Assembly: GCA_016183305.1 (NCBI GenBank)
Contig: JACPEW010000018.1
Span: 2,280-66,279, forward strand
Direction of reading: 5' to 3'
Length of the DNA stretch: 64,000 nucleotides
Source of the DNA: Candidatus Daviesbacteria bacterium
Lineage (GTDB): Bacteria > Patescibacteriota > Microgenomatia > Daviesbacterales > UBA10151
Below are positions 42,623-51,558 of this stretch, piece after piece (within the stretch, counting starts at the first letter, position 1; every line of letters begins with the position of its first letter). A program made the translations under genes and the position numbers. The notes beneath the pieces are model-generated. The model saw only the letters and a list, made by a program, of their open reading frames with translations. It had not been told where the DNA came from and searched no databases.

Positions 42623-43102
42623 ATGGGTATTGAACAGTGGGTTGAAAAAATAAAAGGAATGGGCCTTACACCAAGCACTCATGATAGTCATGCATATACA
42701 CCAGAAATGGATGTACCATGTCCACAATTACCAGGTATCAAAGCTAAGTTTGTGATTGTGGGTGATGGAAATGAGCAAGGTTTAGAAAGTGGGATATACT
42801 TAGCTGTTGGTATACTTGAAATAGGAATCTCACGTTATCCAGTAATTAGAGATGCTATTGGAGCATTTGCTACAGAACAATTATGTGGATTACAAGGAAA
42901 TCTTACTCCAGAAACACAAAGATTTGGAGATAGTGTTAACTTTAAAATAATAGGTTCCCAACCTACAGGAGCTACCCTTCTAAAGTTAGAGCCAGTTAGT
43001 GGAGAACGATTTAGGAATCTTGGCGAAATCGTTGAGAATTTCGGAGTAAAGGGTATAAGAATCACTCCATTTAAAGATGGAAAAATTCCTCCTACACAGT
43101 AA
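42623..43102 (+). CDS. Hypothetical protein
   Basis: 159 aa from MGIEQW. No motif was recognised. Confidence 0.35.
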   Translation: MGIEQWVEKIKGMGLTPSTHDSHAYTPEMDVPCPQLPGIKAKFVIVGDGNEQGLESGIYLAVGILEIGISRYPVIRDAIGAFATEQLCGLQGNLTPETQRFGDSVNFKIIGSQPTGATLLKLEPVSGERFRNLGEIVENFGVKGIRITPFKDGKIPPTQ

Positions 43103-43155
43103 CCTTAGTTTCGTAAGAATCCCTAAAATTGGCTATAAATTATACTTGTTAGAAT

Positions 43156-43252
43156 AATCAGGAATTACAAAAAAAGGCACAAATTCCTGTAGCTGGGTAC
43201 GAAGTAAACAAGTTTGCGATCATTCTGATCTAAAGTCTGCCCACCCACCCAC
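43156..43252. repeat. Island repeat R1 (with 25-nt internal insertion)
   Basis: AATCAGGAATTACAAAAAAAGGCACAAATTCCTGTAGCTGGGTACGAAGTAAAC...GTCTGCCCACCCACCCAC. Confidence 0.6.
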
Positions 43253-43305
43253 TACGGACATGGGAAAATTGCTAGGCTCGGTTTGTGCGTAATTCTTAGG
43301 TCCGA

Positions 43306-43923
43306 TCAGCTCTTTTGTTTTTGTTGATTTATTTCTGTAATTAACTTTTTAGCTTGTTTATAATCCGCTTCCTTCAGCATATCGTTACATTTCTCAAATC
43401 TTTCCTTATTAAAAGCCAATACATAAATTACCTTGTGATTCTCCTGGTCGAACTCTAAATTAATAGTGGCCAAAGTATCAAATACACAAGCTGGAAAATC
43501 TTTTCTGTTGCCGGTAAGCATAGCTCCTTTATTTTTTGCTGCCATTAGCATCCCGGCTAATACTAAATCTACAAAACTACTGGCTCCACAATATTTTTCT
43601 TGCACATATATTTTCGATAACAGCAGGGCATTAGTGATAAAATTGGGCAAATGCTCCAGATATAGCTTTTGAGATATTACTGCAAACAAAGGACTTTCTA
43701 TGAATTTTTGTTTGTTAAGTTTAATCTCTAAAACGGGAGTATTTCTCAAAAACTCAAATTCTACAAAAGGGTGAATATAAAGATTTTTTAAACCAAAATT
43801 CCCGGTTAGTTCCTTTAGAAGGATTGCGTGATCGTATATGTGTGCAAGACAATCATTATCAATAAAAATGAATCGTCCTGAGATAGCCCCCTGGAAATTT
43901 TGACTATAGAAAGTTTTTAGCAT
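43306..43923 (-). CDS. PIN-like domain protein (putative toxin)
   Basis: FIFIDNDCL near the N-terminus and MLTGNRKDFP near the C-terminal third resemble the PIN acidic-residue layout. The call is tentative. Confidence 0.45.
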   Translation of the reverse strand: MLKTFYSQNFQGAISGRFIFIDNDCLAHIYDHAILLKELTGNFGLKNLYIHPFVEFEFLRNTPVLEIKLNKQKFIESPLFAVISQKLYLEHLPNFITNALLLSKIYVQEKYCGASSFVDLVLAGMLMAAKNKGAMLTGNRKDFPACVFDTLATINLEFDQENHKVIYVLAFNKERFEKCNDMLKEADYKQAKKLITEINQQKQKS

Positions 43924-44077
43924 TAGCTTTGAGCAGCTTATCTTCGAGTTTTCTACCCTCTTTACTTATTTTAATTAACTCTTCAACATCCTTTTTGCTA
44001 ACTTTCTTACTGGATGGAGTTAAAAATTCATCTTTTTTTAAATAATGTGGTTTTGGATTCTTTGGAAAACTTGTCAT
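43904..44077 (-). CDS. 57-aa putative antitoxin partner
   Basis: ATG preceded by a GGAGG site. It overlaps the PIN-like ORF start by 20 nt and is Lys-rich. Confidence 0.3.
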   Translation of the reverse strand: MTSFPKNPKPHYLKKDEFLTPSSKKVSKKDVEELIKISKEGRKLEDKLLKANAKNFL

Positions 44078-44663
44078 ACTACCTCCTTTTTAATTAAACG
44101 TTATACTGATTGTAGTGTCAAGAAGTTTACCATAATTAAATTAGATTTGTGTAAGATTTATAAAAGTTTATGTATCTAACAAGATAGATCGGTATAACTC
44201 TAATTCCTGAGGCTTGCAGAGGCTAAAATAGGTTCTAACATCGTACGCTAGTGGACCCTTACATAATTTAGCCACGAAATTAGTATATCACTGAGGGGAA
44301 ATTCGTACCCAAAATCGTAGAATTTTGAGTTCAGCAAGATTCTTTTAAAGTACCAAATTATTTCAAAGAGATATTCTTTTATTTCTATTAAGAAATGCTA
44401 ATGTTAAATGATGCAATATGCAAGTTTCATAAAAAGAATAATTGCTGGTACTTACGTAGTAAATTCTTAGTTCTTATAAGATCATTTACTAGCCAGTAAG
44501 ATTTAAATGAGCTCAATATTATCATAAAAGCATTGTTAGCTGTTTTAGCCATAAATGCATGTTTTAAAATACTATAAATTCCACAACTCAATAAGCTTAT
44601 AGTTGTTTTATTTTCTCCTCTCTGATATACTTCTTTTGCAATTTTTAGAAGCTCATCTTAATC

Positions 44664-45536
44664 ATGAATATAGAAATAGATATCCATACTTCTACTAAGG
44701 GGACTAAGCTAATCGAAGGAGATCGTATTGAGCAGACGGTAGTAGCAGCAATTAGAAAAAGCTTTGATCTTAGAAGTTATAAAGTTGGATTATTTTTGGT
44801 AGAACCTGCTAATCCAAATCCAAGAAGCGAATCATCATTAGTTTCATTAAGAAGAAAAATGCGATTGGCTAATGAATTAGGGATACTAAAACAAGCACGT
44901 GTTTTTCCATACAACACTCCCTTAGAGGAGTTTAATCAAGCCATAGATGAAATTAACAAAAGCTCAGACATTGCTGGAGTTATTGTGCAACTTCCTTTAC
45001 CGCAACACTTACTTCCTTCACGATATAATATTGATTTACAAAAAGATATTGATTCTATCAATCCAGAAAACGATATTTGGAGAATTTGCGCTACAGCTGA
45101 AGCTACTATGAGGCTTTTGATAGCATATCAAAATAATATTAAAAAAATAGCCTTGCTTGGTGCAAGAGGATTTGTAGGAAGACATATCGGAAAAGGAATA
45201 CAACGAAGCCAGTTGGGTAATTTAACCCAAATAGAATACGATGATTCACTTTCATTATTAAAATATTGCGATACAATTATCTCTGCAGTTGGTCAACCAA
45301 ATTTAATCCAAGCGGATAACTTAGGGAAAAACACAGATTTTGGTATAGACGTGGGAAATACTCGAGTTAATAATGAGTTTAAGGGAGATTTTGATTATAA
45401 AAGCATTGATGGCTTATTTAAGTATTTAACACCAGTACCAGGAGGGATGGGACCTTTAGAAATGGTTATTGTTGCAGAACGTTTAGTGAGGAATGCTATT
45501 CAACCTGATTTTAAAGTAAATTTGTTAGCAAAATAA
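44664..45536 (+). CDS. Divergent FolD-like methylene-THF dehydrogenase/cyclohydrolase
   Basis: GVIVQLPLPQHL, LLGARGFVGRHIG, ISAVGQPNLI and TPVPGGMGPLE are collinear with FolD. Confidence 0.65.
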   Translation: MNIEIDIHTSTKGTKLIEGDRIEQTVVAAIRKSFDLRSYKVGLFLVEPANPNPRSESSLVSLRRKMRLANELGILKQARVFPYNTPLEEFNQAIDEINKSSDIAGVIVQLPLPQHLLPSRYNIDLQKDIDSINPENDIWRICATAEATMRLLIAYQNNIKKIALLGARGFVGRHIGKGIQRSQLGNLTQIEYDDSLSLLKYCDTIISAVGQPNLIQADNLGKNTDFGIDVGNTRVNNEFKGDFDYKSIDGLFKYLTPVPGGMGPLEMVIVAERLVRNAIQPDFKVNLLAK

Positions 45537-45539
45537 TTG

Positions 45540-45995
45540 ATGAAAATAGCTATACCAATCCATTTTTTTTATATTAAATATAATGCTAAACAGTTTCCTG
45601 GAAATACCAATAGGAAGGGTTTAAAGTTCGGAGCTAATTGCCAATATTTTGTATTCGAATTACTTAAACATTTTGGGGTCAAAGTCAAGAAAACATTTCG
45701 GTCAAGTGAATTATGGGAGGATGTCGTTGAAACAAAGAAAGTAAAAAGATTAGCACTTTTTGATATAGTTTTTTTTAACAGCACAGAAAAAGCTTACGGA
45801 GCCCATCTTGGAGTCTATCTAGAAAAAAATAAGGTAATACATCTTAGTAGAAAGGTTGGTTATCCAACAATTTGGGATATAAAAGAGTTTTTTAAATACA
45901 AAGAATATAAATATTATTTAGGTGCAAAACGTGTAATTAATAAAAGCTCAAAGATACCTAATATCACGCAACCTACTGATAGAGTAGTGGGATAA
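45540..45995 (+). CDS. NlpC/P60 (C40) family-like protein
   Basis: GANCQYFVFELL is a candidate catalytic Cys region and AHLGVYLEKNKVIHLS carries the His. Confidence 0.5.
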   Translation: MKIAIPIHFFYIKYNAKQFPGNTNRKGLKFGANCQYFVFELLKHFGVKVKKTFRSSELWEDVVETKKVKRLALFDIVFFNSTEKAYGAHLGVYLEKNKVIHLSRKVGYPTIWDIKEFFKYKEYKYYLGAKRVINKSSKIPNITQPTDRVVG

Positions 45996-46120
45996 TTAGG
46001 TTTATGACTGATTCGGATACTTATTCCCTAAGGAAAACAGAAGTTTACTTATCATTATTATTTTCAATCTTTAACTTATTTTTTCTAAAACTTATTTTGA
46101 ATCAAAACCACCACAACTAT

Positions 46121-46190
46121 AATCAGGGATAACATAAACAGGTTTAAATTCTTTTAGTTGGGTACGAAGTAAGTCTGTCCACCCACCCAC
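46121..46190. repeat. Island repeat R2
   Basis: AATCAGGGATAACATAAACAGGTTTAAATTCTTTTAGTTGGGTACGAAGTAAGTCTGTCCACCCACCCAC. Confidence 0.6.
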
Positions 46191-46321
46191 TTTTTTAATC
46201 CCCGTAGGTGTTTTGATTTTGGTGATATACACTATATATAAATGTGTTATAATACATTTACAACAAGTTACCAGTGACAAATCCCTCGGTAGGGAAAGCT
46301 GCAAAAAGCTAGCTGACTAAC

Positions 46322-46640
46322 TGACCCCGCTTTCTAGCGGGGTTTATTTTTTTTGTCTAGGATCTTCTCTATGGCTCCAGTCTCAAAATGTAATTCCATG
46401 GTTAGCTTTTTATCTCTTTTTAATTTTCTAAACCATCTTTTAGGGTCGAGCTCGCCTGGATTGTCATAATACCTTCTGATTAAACCAGCAAGACAATCTG
46501 CTAATTGGATTTCTAGGGAAGAGTTATTCCTAACTGTTTTGAGAATCCAACTGAAATGCCTCTGTCTCTTAATATTTTTTTGAGTTTATGCTCGTACCAT
46601 TTTGGCTTTTTACCGTCAATAAAGATAACCATATCAGCTA
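46322..46640 (-). pseudogene. Frameshifted DUF3800-like gene fragment
   Basis: Two reverse frames read MVIFIDGKKPKWYEHKLKKILRDRGISVGFS and SSLEIQLADCLAGLIRRYYDNPGE.... Confidence 0.45.
46325..46354 (+). terminator. Rho-independent terminator
   Basis: CCCCGC-TTTCTA-GCGGGG followed by TTTATTTTTTTT. Confidence 0.65.
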
Positions 46641-46651
46641 AACTATATCAT

Positions 46652-46720
46652 AGTTAGGAATTACATAAATAGGCACAAACTCTTTAAGTTGGGTACAAAG
46701 TAAATCTGCTCAAGAACCCA
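46652..46720. repeat. Island repeat R3
   Basis: AGTTAGGAATTACATAAATAGGCACAAACTCTTTAAGTTGGGTACAAAGTAAATCTGCTCAAGAACCCA. Confidence 0.55.
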
Positions 46721-46723
46721 TTA

Positions 46724-46996
46724 TTAGCTTAGCTTCTGGGTTACAAAGTTCTCTATTAAAGTGCTATAAACTAAAACTTCTTCTGCAAACTTTTCATTAA
46801 GGCTTTTATCTTTATTTATCTTTGCTAGAATGTTTGTTATATAGAGTGGGATTTTGTTCGAGTCAATTTCTGCCTTTCTAACTAAGGCTTCCTGGTAAAA
46901 TCTATCAGCCATCTTTACAGATCCTCTGTTCAATCCGATAGCTACCCTACTTAGGTCTAATGCCAAAGATGCCAAGCTGTTTTTTATATCATTCAT
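46724..46996 (-). CDS. Hypothetical helical protein
   Basis: 90 aa. It is coupled to the upstream ORF by a 4-nt overlap. Confidence 0.4.
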   Translation of the reverse strand: MNDIKNSLASLALDLSRVAIGLNRGSVKMADRFYQEALVRKAEIDSNKIPLYITNILAKINKDKSLNEKFAEEVLVYSTLIENFVTQKLS

Positions 46997-47331
46997 ATAA
47001 TCTCGCTAAAAAAATACTTAGTTAATTCTTCATATTCTTTTCTAATTTCAGGATTTTGAATTTGGTTACTGGTATTATTATCATTTGGCCTGATATTGAT
47101 AAAAGAATTAAAATCAATTACTTTTGTTTCCAAATCAATCCCTCCACCCCACAAGTCACCTTGTTTTGAGCCTTGATCCAAAAGAATCTTCTCTCCCTCG
47201 AAATGCCTATCCATGCCGGCTGAACAAACCCTTTTTTCAGTATCTATGACAGTTTTAATATAAACATCAAATACTTCCTTTAGCTTTTCTATCTCTACTT
47301 TTGTGAAAGGTTGTGTTTTGGTAATAACCAC
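46993..47331 (-). CDS. Small conserved hypothetical protein
   Basis: 112 aa, containing ...SAGMDRHFEGEKILLDQGSKQGDLWGGGIDL.... The family was not confidently identified. Confidence 0.4.
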   Translation of the reverse strand: MVITKTQPFTKVEIEKLKEVFDVYIKTVIDTEKRVCSAGMDRHFEGEKILLDQGSKQGDLWGGGIDLETKVIDFNSFINIRPNDNNTSNQIQNPEIRKEYEELTKYFFSEII

Positions 47332-47451
47332 AGGGTTATTTTAGCACAGCTTAGGAACCAGAATGTAGATGGTTCAAAGATCCTCCAAAAGCGGACCGCA
47401 AGGAAGATTATTACTCCGTGGATCCCAAGCATTTTCAGCCCCAATTGAAAA

Positions 47452-47757
47452 TTATATTATTTTCTTTGGGGTGATCAAAATTTTATCTATCCTGTTGCCA
47501 TCCATATCCATTACTTCAAACCTAAAGTCTGTCCATTCTACCTTATCTCCGGAAGCAGGGATATGCCCAAGCCTATACATAATAAAACCTCCAACAGTGT
47601 GAAACACCCCGGATTTCTCATCAGGGAGTTTTCCAATATGGAAGTAGTCTTTAAATTCATCTATTGGCGCTAAACCATCAACAAGGTATGTTCCGTCTTC
47701 CCGTTTTGTTATCCCGCGTTCTTCCAGCTCATCAATAGTGGGAATATCACCAACAAT
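47452..47757 (-). pseudogene. 3' fragment of a CBS/CorC-type gene (CorC_HlyC domain only)
   Basis: The reverse frame reads IVGDIPTIDELEERGITKREDGTYLVDGLAPIDEFKDYFHIG...FHTVGGFIMYRLGHIPASGDKVEWTDFRFEVMDMDGNRIDKILI. It begins directly after a stop and has no start codon. Confidence 0.6.
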
Positions 47758-47764
47758 CTAGAAG

Positions 47765-48220
47765 TTAAGCAAATTGTTCTTGTAGTTCTTTTAATTCCTG
47801 GGCCTCGATATCCCGTAATTTGGCCTTAATAACCCGTTCCCCCACTATAATATCCTGCTTGGTTTGAGCAGTAAATAGGAGTTTTGAAATCTCTCCAAAG
47901 GTAATCCAGGTAGGAGTGCCACTATCTAAATCATTAAACTTTTTGGTACTTTTTACCTCAGCATAAAAAACATGGTTAGGTTTATTCCTTACATTATGGA
48001 AATAATCATAAATAGGGTATATATCCTTTGGCCTAAGATTAATATTTAACAGCAAATTAGTTATCCTCTGGAAAGCAGCAGCAGCCTCTTCTTTTCCTTT
48101 TCCTTCCCCCCCTATTGTGGACCATAAAGATTGATTAGTTCCTGATTTGGACTGTATTAAGAGGATTTGATTAGTTTTGGGACTGTAAAGGAATCCGCTT
48201 ATATAAAAGGAGGTTTGCAC
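47765..48220 (-). CDS. NUDIX-like protein (degenerate Nudix box)
   Basis: GGEGKGKEEAAAAFQRITNLL partially fits the Nudix motif GX5EX7REUXEEXGU. Confidence 0.45.
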   Translation of the reverse strand: MQTSFYISGFLYSPKTNQILLIQSKSGTNQSLWSTIGGEGKGKEEAAAAFQRITNLLLNINLRPKDIYPIYDYFHNVRNKPNHVFYAEVKSTKKFNDLDSGTPTWITFGEISKLLFTAQTKQDIIVGERVIKAKLRDIEAQELKELQEQFA

Positions 48221-48244
48221 TGCGCTAGTATAACACTTTGGGAG

Positions 48245-49453
48245 TTAATTAACAAAGGTTAAAGCAAAACCCATTTTACCTGCCCTGCCTGTCCTGCCAA
48301 TCCTATGAATATAGTCCTCATAAGTTTGCGGCAGGTCATAGTTAATAACATGCGTAACATTATCTATATCTATCCCTCTTGAGGCCACATCTGTTGCCAA
48401 GAGAATTTGTATCTCATTTTGTTTAAAGCTTTGTAGAATTCTTTGTCTTTGGTTTTGTCTTTTATTGCCATGGATTGCCCCTACTTTAAAACCCCTAAAT
48501 TCCAATTCCTTGTTAAGTTTTTCAATTCCATGCTTTGTTCTGCCAAATATAAGCACCTTATCAAAGCCATCTTTGATTAATAAATCATGCAGCTTTCCTA
48601 TTTTAGCTTCTGAGCTGGATACTCTAATAACATCCTGTGTTACATTTTCAGAAGTATCCTGCTTTTTAATAGAAATAGTTACCGGATTAGTAACAAAGGA
48701 ACGTAAAACATCCTGTATCCTGGATGAAATTGTAGCGGAGAAGAAAAGCGATTGCCTTATTTTTGGCATTAAAGAGATAAAAAGTTTTACATCCCTGATA
48801 AATCCAATATCTACCATTAAATCAACCTCATCCAAAACAATATGAGAATAATCTTCCAAATATATGGCTCTTCTGTTTATAAGGTCTTTTAATCTGCCTG
48901 GCGTGGCAATAACCATATGAGGGTTCCTTCTTAAATCCTGAATTTGTCTATGCATATTGGTTCCTCCAATGATAAATGCTGAGAATAATTTCATGTTCCT
49001 GCTTAAATTCCTGAATTCTTCATTAATTTGCGCAGCCAATTCCCTGGTTGGGACAATAATTAAGGCTTTTTGGTTTCTGTTTAAGTAAATTTTATGGATA
49101 AGGGGGATTAAAAAAGCTGCAGTCTTACCTGTGCCTGTAGAAGCCAAACCAATGACATCTCTGCCCTCTAAAATAGGATTTATTGCCTGGGATTGGATAG
49201 GGGTTGGTTTTAAGTAGCCAAGACTGGAAATATTTTGTTTTAAAGCTTCATGAAGGTTAAATACATTAAAGCTTTGTATCCCGGTTTGAGGATTTTCTGT
49301 CTCAGTTTGTACCGCCTGACGGATAAACATATTTATGTCTGCATTTTCCAGCTGACTTTTTCTTTGGCCACGTTGGCCAAATCTATTACCATTAAATGGT
49401 CTGGAAGGCCTATTATTTGAATGATTGAATCTTAAACGATTATGGTTATACAT
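48245..49453 (-). CDS. DEAD-box ATP-dependent RNA helicase
   Basis: Q-motif region, ASTGTGKTAAF, LDEVD (DEAD variant), SAT and HRIGRTGRAG. Confidence 0.9.
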   Translation of the reverse strand: MYNHNRLRFNHSNNRPSRPFNGNRFGQRGQRKSQLENADINMFIRQAVQTETENPQTGIQSFNVFNLHEALKQNISSLGYLKPTPIQSQAINPILEGRDVIGLASTGTGKTAAFLIPLIHKIYLNRNQKALIIVPTRELAAQINEEFRNLSRNMKLFSAFIIGGTNMHRQIQDLRRNPHMVIATPGRLKDLINRRAIYLEDYSHIVLDEVDLMVDIGFIRDVKLFISLMPKIRQSLFFSATISSRIQDVLRSFVTNPVTISIKKQDTSENVTQDVIRVSSSEAKIGKLHDLLIKDGFDKVLIFGRTKHGIEKLNKELEFRGFKVGAIHGNKRQNQRQRILQSFKQNEIQILLATDVASRGIDIDNVTHVINYDLPQTYEDYIHRIGRTGRAGKMGFALTFVN

Positions 49454-49463
49454 AAAATTGGAT

Positions 49464-49498
49464 CTTCTTCATCACACTTAAAAAAGAGGATGAAGAAG
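49464..49498 (-). promoter_or_regulatory. Perfect 10-bp hairpin in the helicase 5' leader
   Basis: CTTCTTCATC (49464..49473) pairs with GATGAAGAAG (49489..49498). On the coding strand the 3' arm ends 10 nt before the ATG. Confidence 0.45.
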
Positions 49499-49680
49499 AA
49501 CATTAATAAAATTGAAAAAGAAAAAACTAATTTAAAAAATTAGTAGGGAGCTACTTAAGAAGGTTCAATCCGTGAGGAAAAAATATCTACTAGCTCAAAT
49601 TCTAAATCAACCAACAAATAGTGTAACACACTTGTTTAAATAAAGCAAATCGCTATAGGATAAGATATAATTAAATACTT

Positions 49681-50685
49681 ATGAATTTTTGGCAGAAGTT
49701 AAAAAAACCTATTTCTTTACTGGCTCCTATGGATGGGGTGACTGATACTGTTTTCAGACAAATTGTAGTATCTGCTGGCAAACCTGATGTGCTTTTTACT
49801 GAGTTTGTCCCTGTTGATGGTCTGGTTTCTAAGGGGTATGAGAGAATTTTAGCGTCCTTAAAATATACAGAAGCAGAAAGACCTCTTGTTGTCCAAATCT
49901 GGGGGGCTATACCAGAAAACTTTTATAAAGTTGCTCAAATGCTTAGCAAACTGGGTTTTGATGGAATTGATATTAATATGGGCTGTCCTGATGAAAGTGT
50001 TATTAAAAAAGGTGCAGGATCAGCATTAATTAATAATCCCAAACTAGCAGTAGAAATTATTGAAGCTACTATTAAAGGAGCTAATGGATTGCCTGTCAGT
50101 GTTAAAACCAGGATTGGTTTTGATACTATTGATATAGAAAGCTGGGTTACTACCCTACTTCAAACTCCTATCTCTGCCTTAACTTTGCATCTGAGAACAA
50201 AGCTGGAGATGTCTAAAGCTTCAGCCCGCTGGGAGCAAATTTCTAAAGCTGTGAAAATTAGAAAGAAACTTAAATCAAAGGCTTTAATTATAGGCAATGG
50301 AGATATTAAATCCCTGCAGCAGGCTAGAAAAATGGTTAAAAAGTATGGAATTGATGGAGTAATGATTGGTGAGGGGATTTTTAAAAATGTTTGGCTGTTT
50401 AATGAAAAAGTTGATATTAAAAAGGCTACTCCTCAAAAGAAAATAAAGCTGCTTGTTAAACACCTAAGACTCTTCAGGAAAACCTGGGGAAATAAAAAAC
50501 ATTTTGAGCTGATGAAAAAGTTTGTTAAGTGTTATGTAAGTAACTTTAATGGGGCATTTGCCAGCAGGGAAAAATTAATGGCAACAAAGTCTTTGGATGA
50601 ATTAATTCAAAGCAGTACCTTGTTGACTAAATCCACTACTTCCTGGGCACAGCCCCACGATAGGGTGAAACCAGCACCGCCATGA
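49681..50685 (+). CDS. dus: tRNA-dihydrouridine synthase
   Basis: LAPMDGVTDTVFR, DINMGCP and VKTRIG. The C-terminal 26 codons overlap the convergent DAO gene. Confidence 0.8.
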   Translation: MNFWQKLKKPISLLAPMDGVTDTVFRQIVVSAGKPDVLFTEFVPVDGLVSKGYERILASLKYTEAERPLVVQIWGAIPENFYKVAQMLSKLGFDGIDINMGCPDESVIKKGAGSALINNPKLAVEIIEATIKGANGLPVSVKTRIGFDTIDIESWVTTLLQTPISALTLHLRTKLEMSKASARWEQISKAVKIRKKLKSKALIIGNGDIKSLQQARKMVKKYGIDGVMIGEGIFKNVWLFNEKVDIKKATPQKKIKLLVKHLRLFRKTWGNKKHFELMKKFVKCYVSNFNGAFASREKLMATKSLDELIQSSTLLTKSTTSWAQPHDRVKPAPP

Positions 50686-51557
50686 CCATAATTGTGAATT
50701 ACCACTTTGCCTCCAAACTTTTGGGCTTCTAATCTAACTTCAGGTCTGACTGGGCGGAGTCCAACAGATTCCCCAATAACTTCTGCATTTTTTAATTCCG
50801 GGTAAATACTAGCTACTTTTTTTAAAATATCCTGAGTGTCTTTGGGATCAATCTCCAAGCTCCAGTTATTTTCCTGAGTTGTTCCACCCAATAAAACATC
50901 ATGAGTTCTAGGAATAATTACTGCTAAACTATTTGGTCCTTCCTCATCTGCTATTATCTTGTTAAAACCATTTAGCTTAACTTTAACCATTTGGCCTCTA
51001 ACTGGGAATATTGAAGTATCACCAAATAATTTCCTTGAACCCAAACCAGTACAATTTACCACTAAATTATATTCAGCAAAAGCCTCATTGATAGAAGAAA
51101 TTTCTTTTTGGATCAATACTCCCCCTAAGCCTTTAAATAGGGAAACTAACCAGTCCATATAATAAGTAGTATCTACTACCAAACCCTCAAATTCGTATCC
51201 ATCCTGATAGCCTGCTGGTAAATCTTTAGCTGGGATCCTTCTATATCCTGGGACAATATCCTGCCACCACTGATCATTCTTTGCTGCAGTAAACAACCCA
51301 GCAGTTTTTATTTTCATATAACCACTTTTTGAATCCTTAGCTATTACTCTATTAAAATAATCCAGTGTATTTTTGCCCCACCTCATTACTTTTTCTTTTG
51401 GATTACAAAGGTATGGAGCCCAAGCTGCAGCTGCTTTATCTGAAGTAGTATTGGGGGGCAGGTCTTTTGCCCAAATAGTTACCTGATAGCCTTTTTTTAA
51501 CAATAAAATTCCACTAGATAACCCAGATACTCCAGCTCCTAAAACCAGGATTCTCAT
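50607..51557 (-). CDS. D-amino-acid-oxidase-like FAD oxidoreductase
   Basis: MRILVLGAGVSGLSSG is a dinucleotide-binding fold, and HNYGHGGAGFTLSWGCA matches the DAAO signature. Confidence 0.85.
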   Translation of the reverse strand: MRILVLGAGVSGLSSGILLLKKGYQVTIWAKDLPPNTTSDKAAAAWAPYLCNPKEKVMRWGKNTLDYFNRVIAKDSKSGYMKIKTAGLFTAAKNDQWWQDIVPGYRRIPAKDLPAGYQDGYEFEGLVVDTTYYMDWLVSLFKGLGGVLIQKEISSINEAFAEYNLVVNCTGLGSRKLFGDTSIFPVRGQMVKVKLNGFNKIIADEEGPNSLAVIIPRTHDVLLGGTTQENNWSLEIDPKDTQDILKKVASIYPELKNAEVIGESVGLRPVRPEVRLEAQKFGGKVVIHNYGHGGAGFTLSWGCAQEVVDLVNKVLL

Positions 51558-51558
51558 C

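Larger units (their letters stand above)
42574..47757. other. Decayed accessory region downstream of tRNA-His
   Basis: It contains gene fragments (DUF3800-like, CorC_HlyC), a 3-copy repeat, a PIN pair and about 560 bp without ORFs. No clear att repeat was found. Confidence 0.35.

Noticed and set aside
46092-46304. Track ORF 46092..46304 (-) as an intact gene
   Set aside because: Only its C-terminal half matches the conserved repeat peptide. The N-terminal half is AT-rich filler with no start context. I treat it as a repeat or gene remnant.
47369-47602. Track ORF 47369..47602 (+)
   Set aside because: It is antisense to a clearly recognisable CorC_HlyC-domain reading frame (47452..47757, minus strand) and is itself low-complexity.
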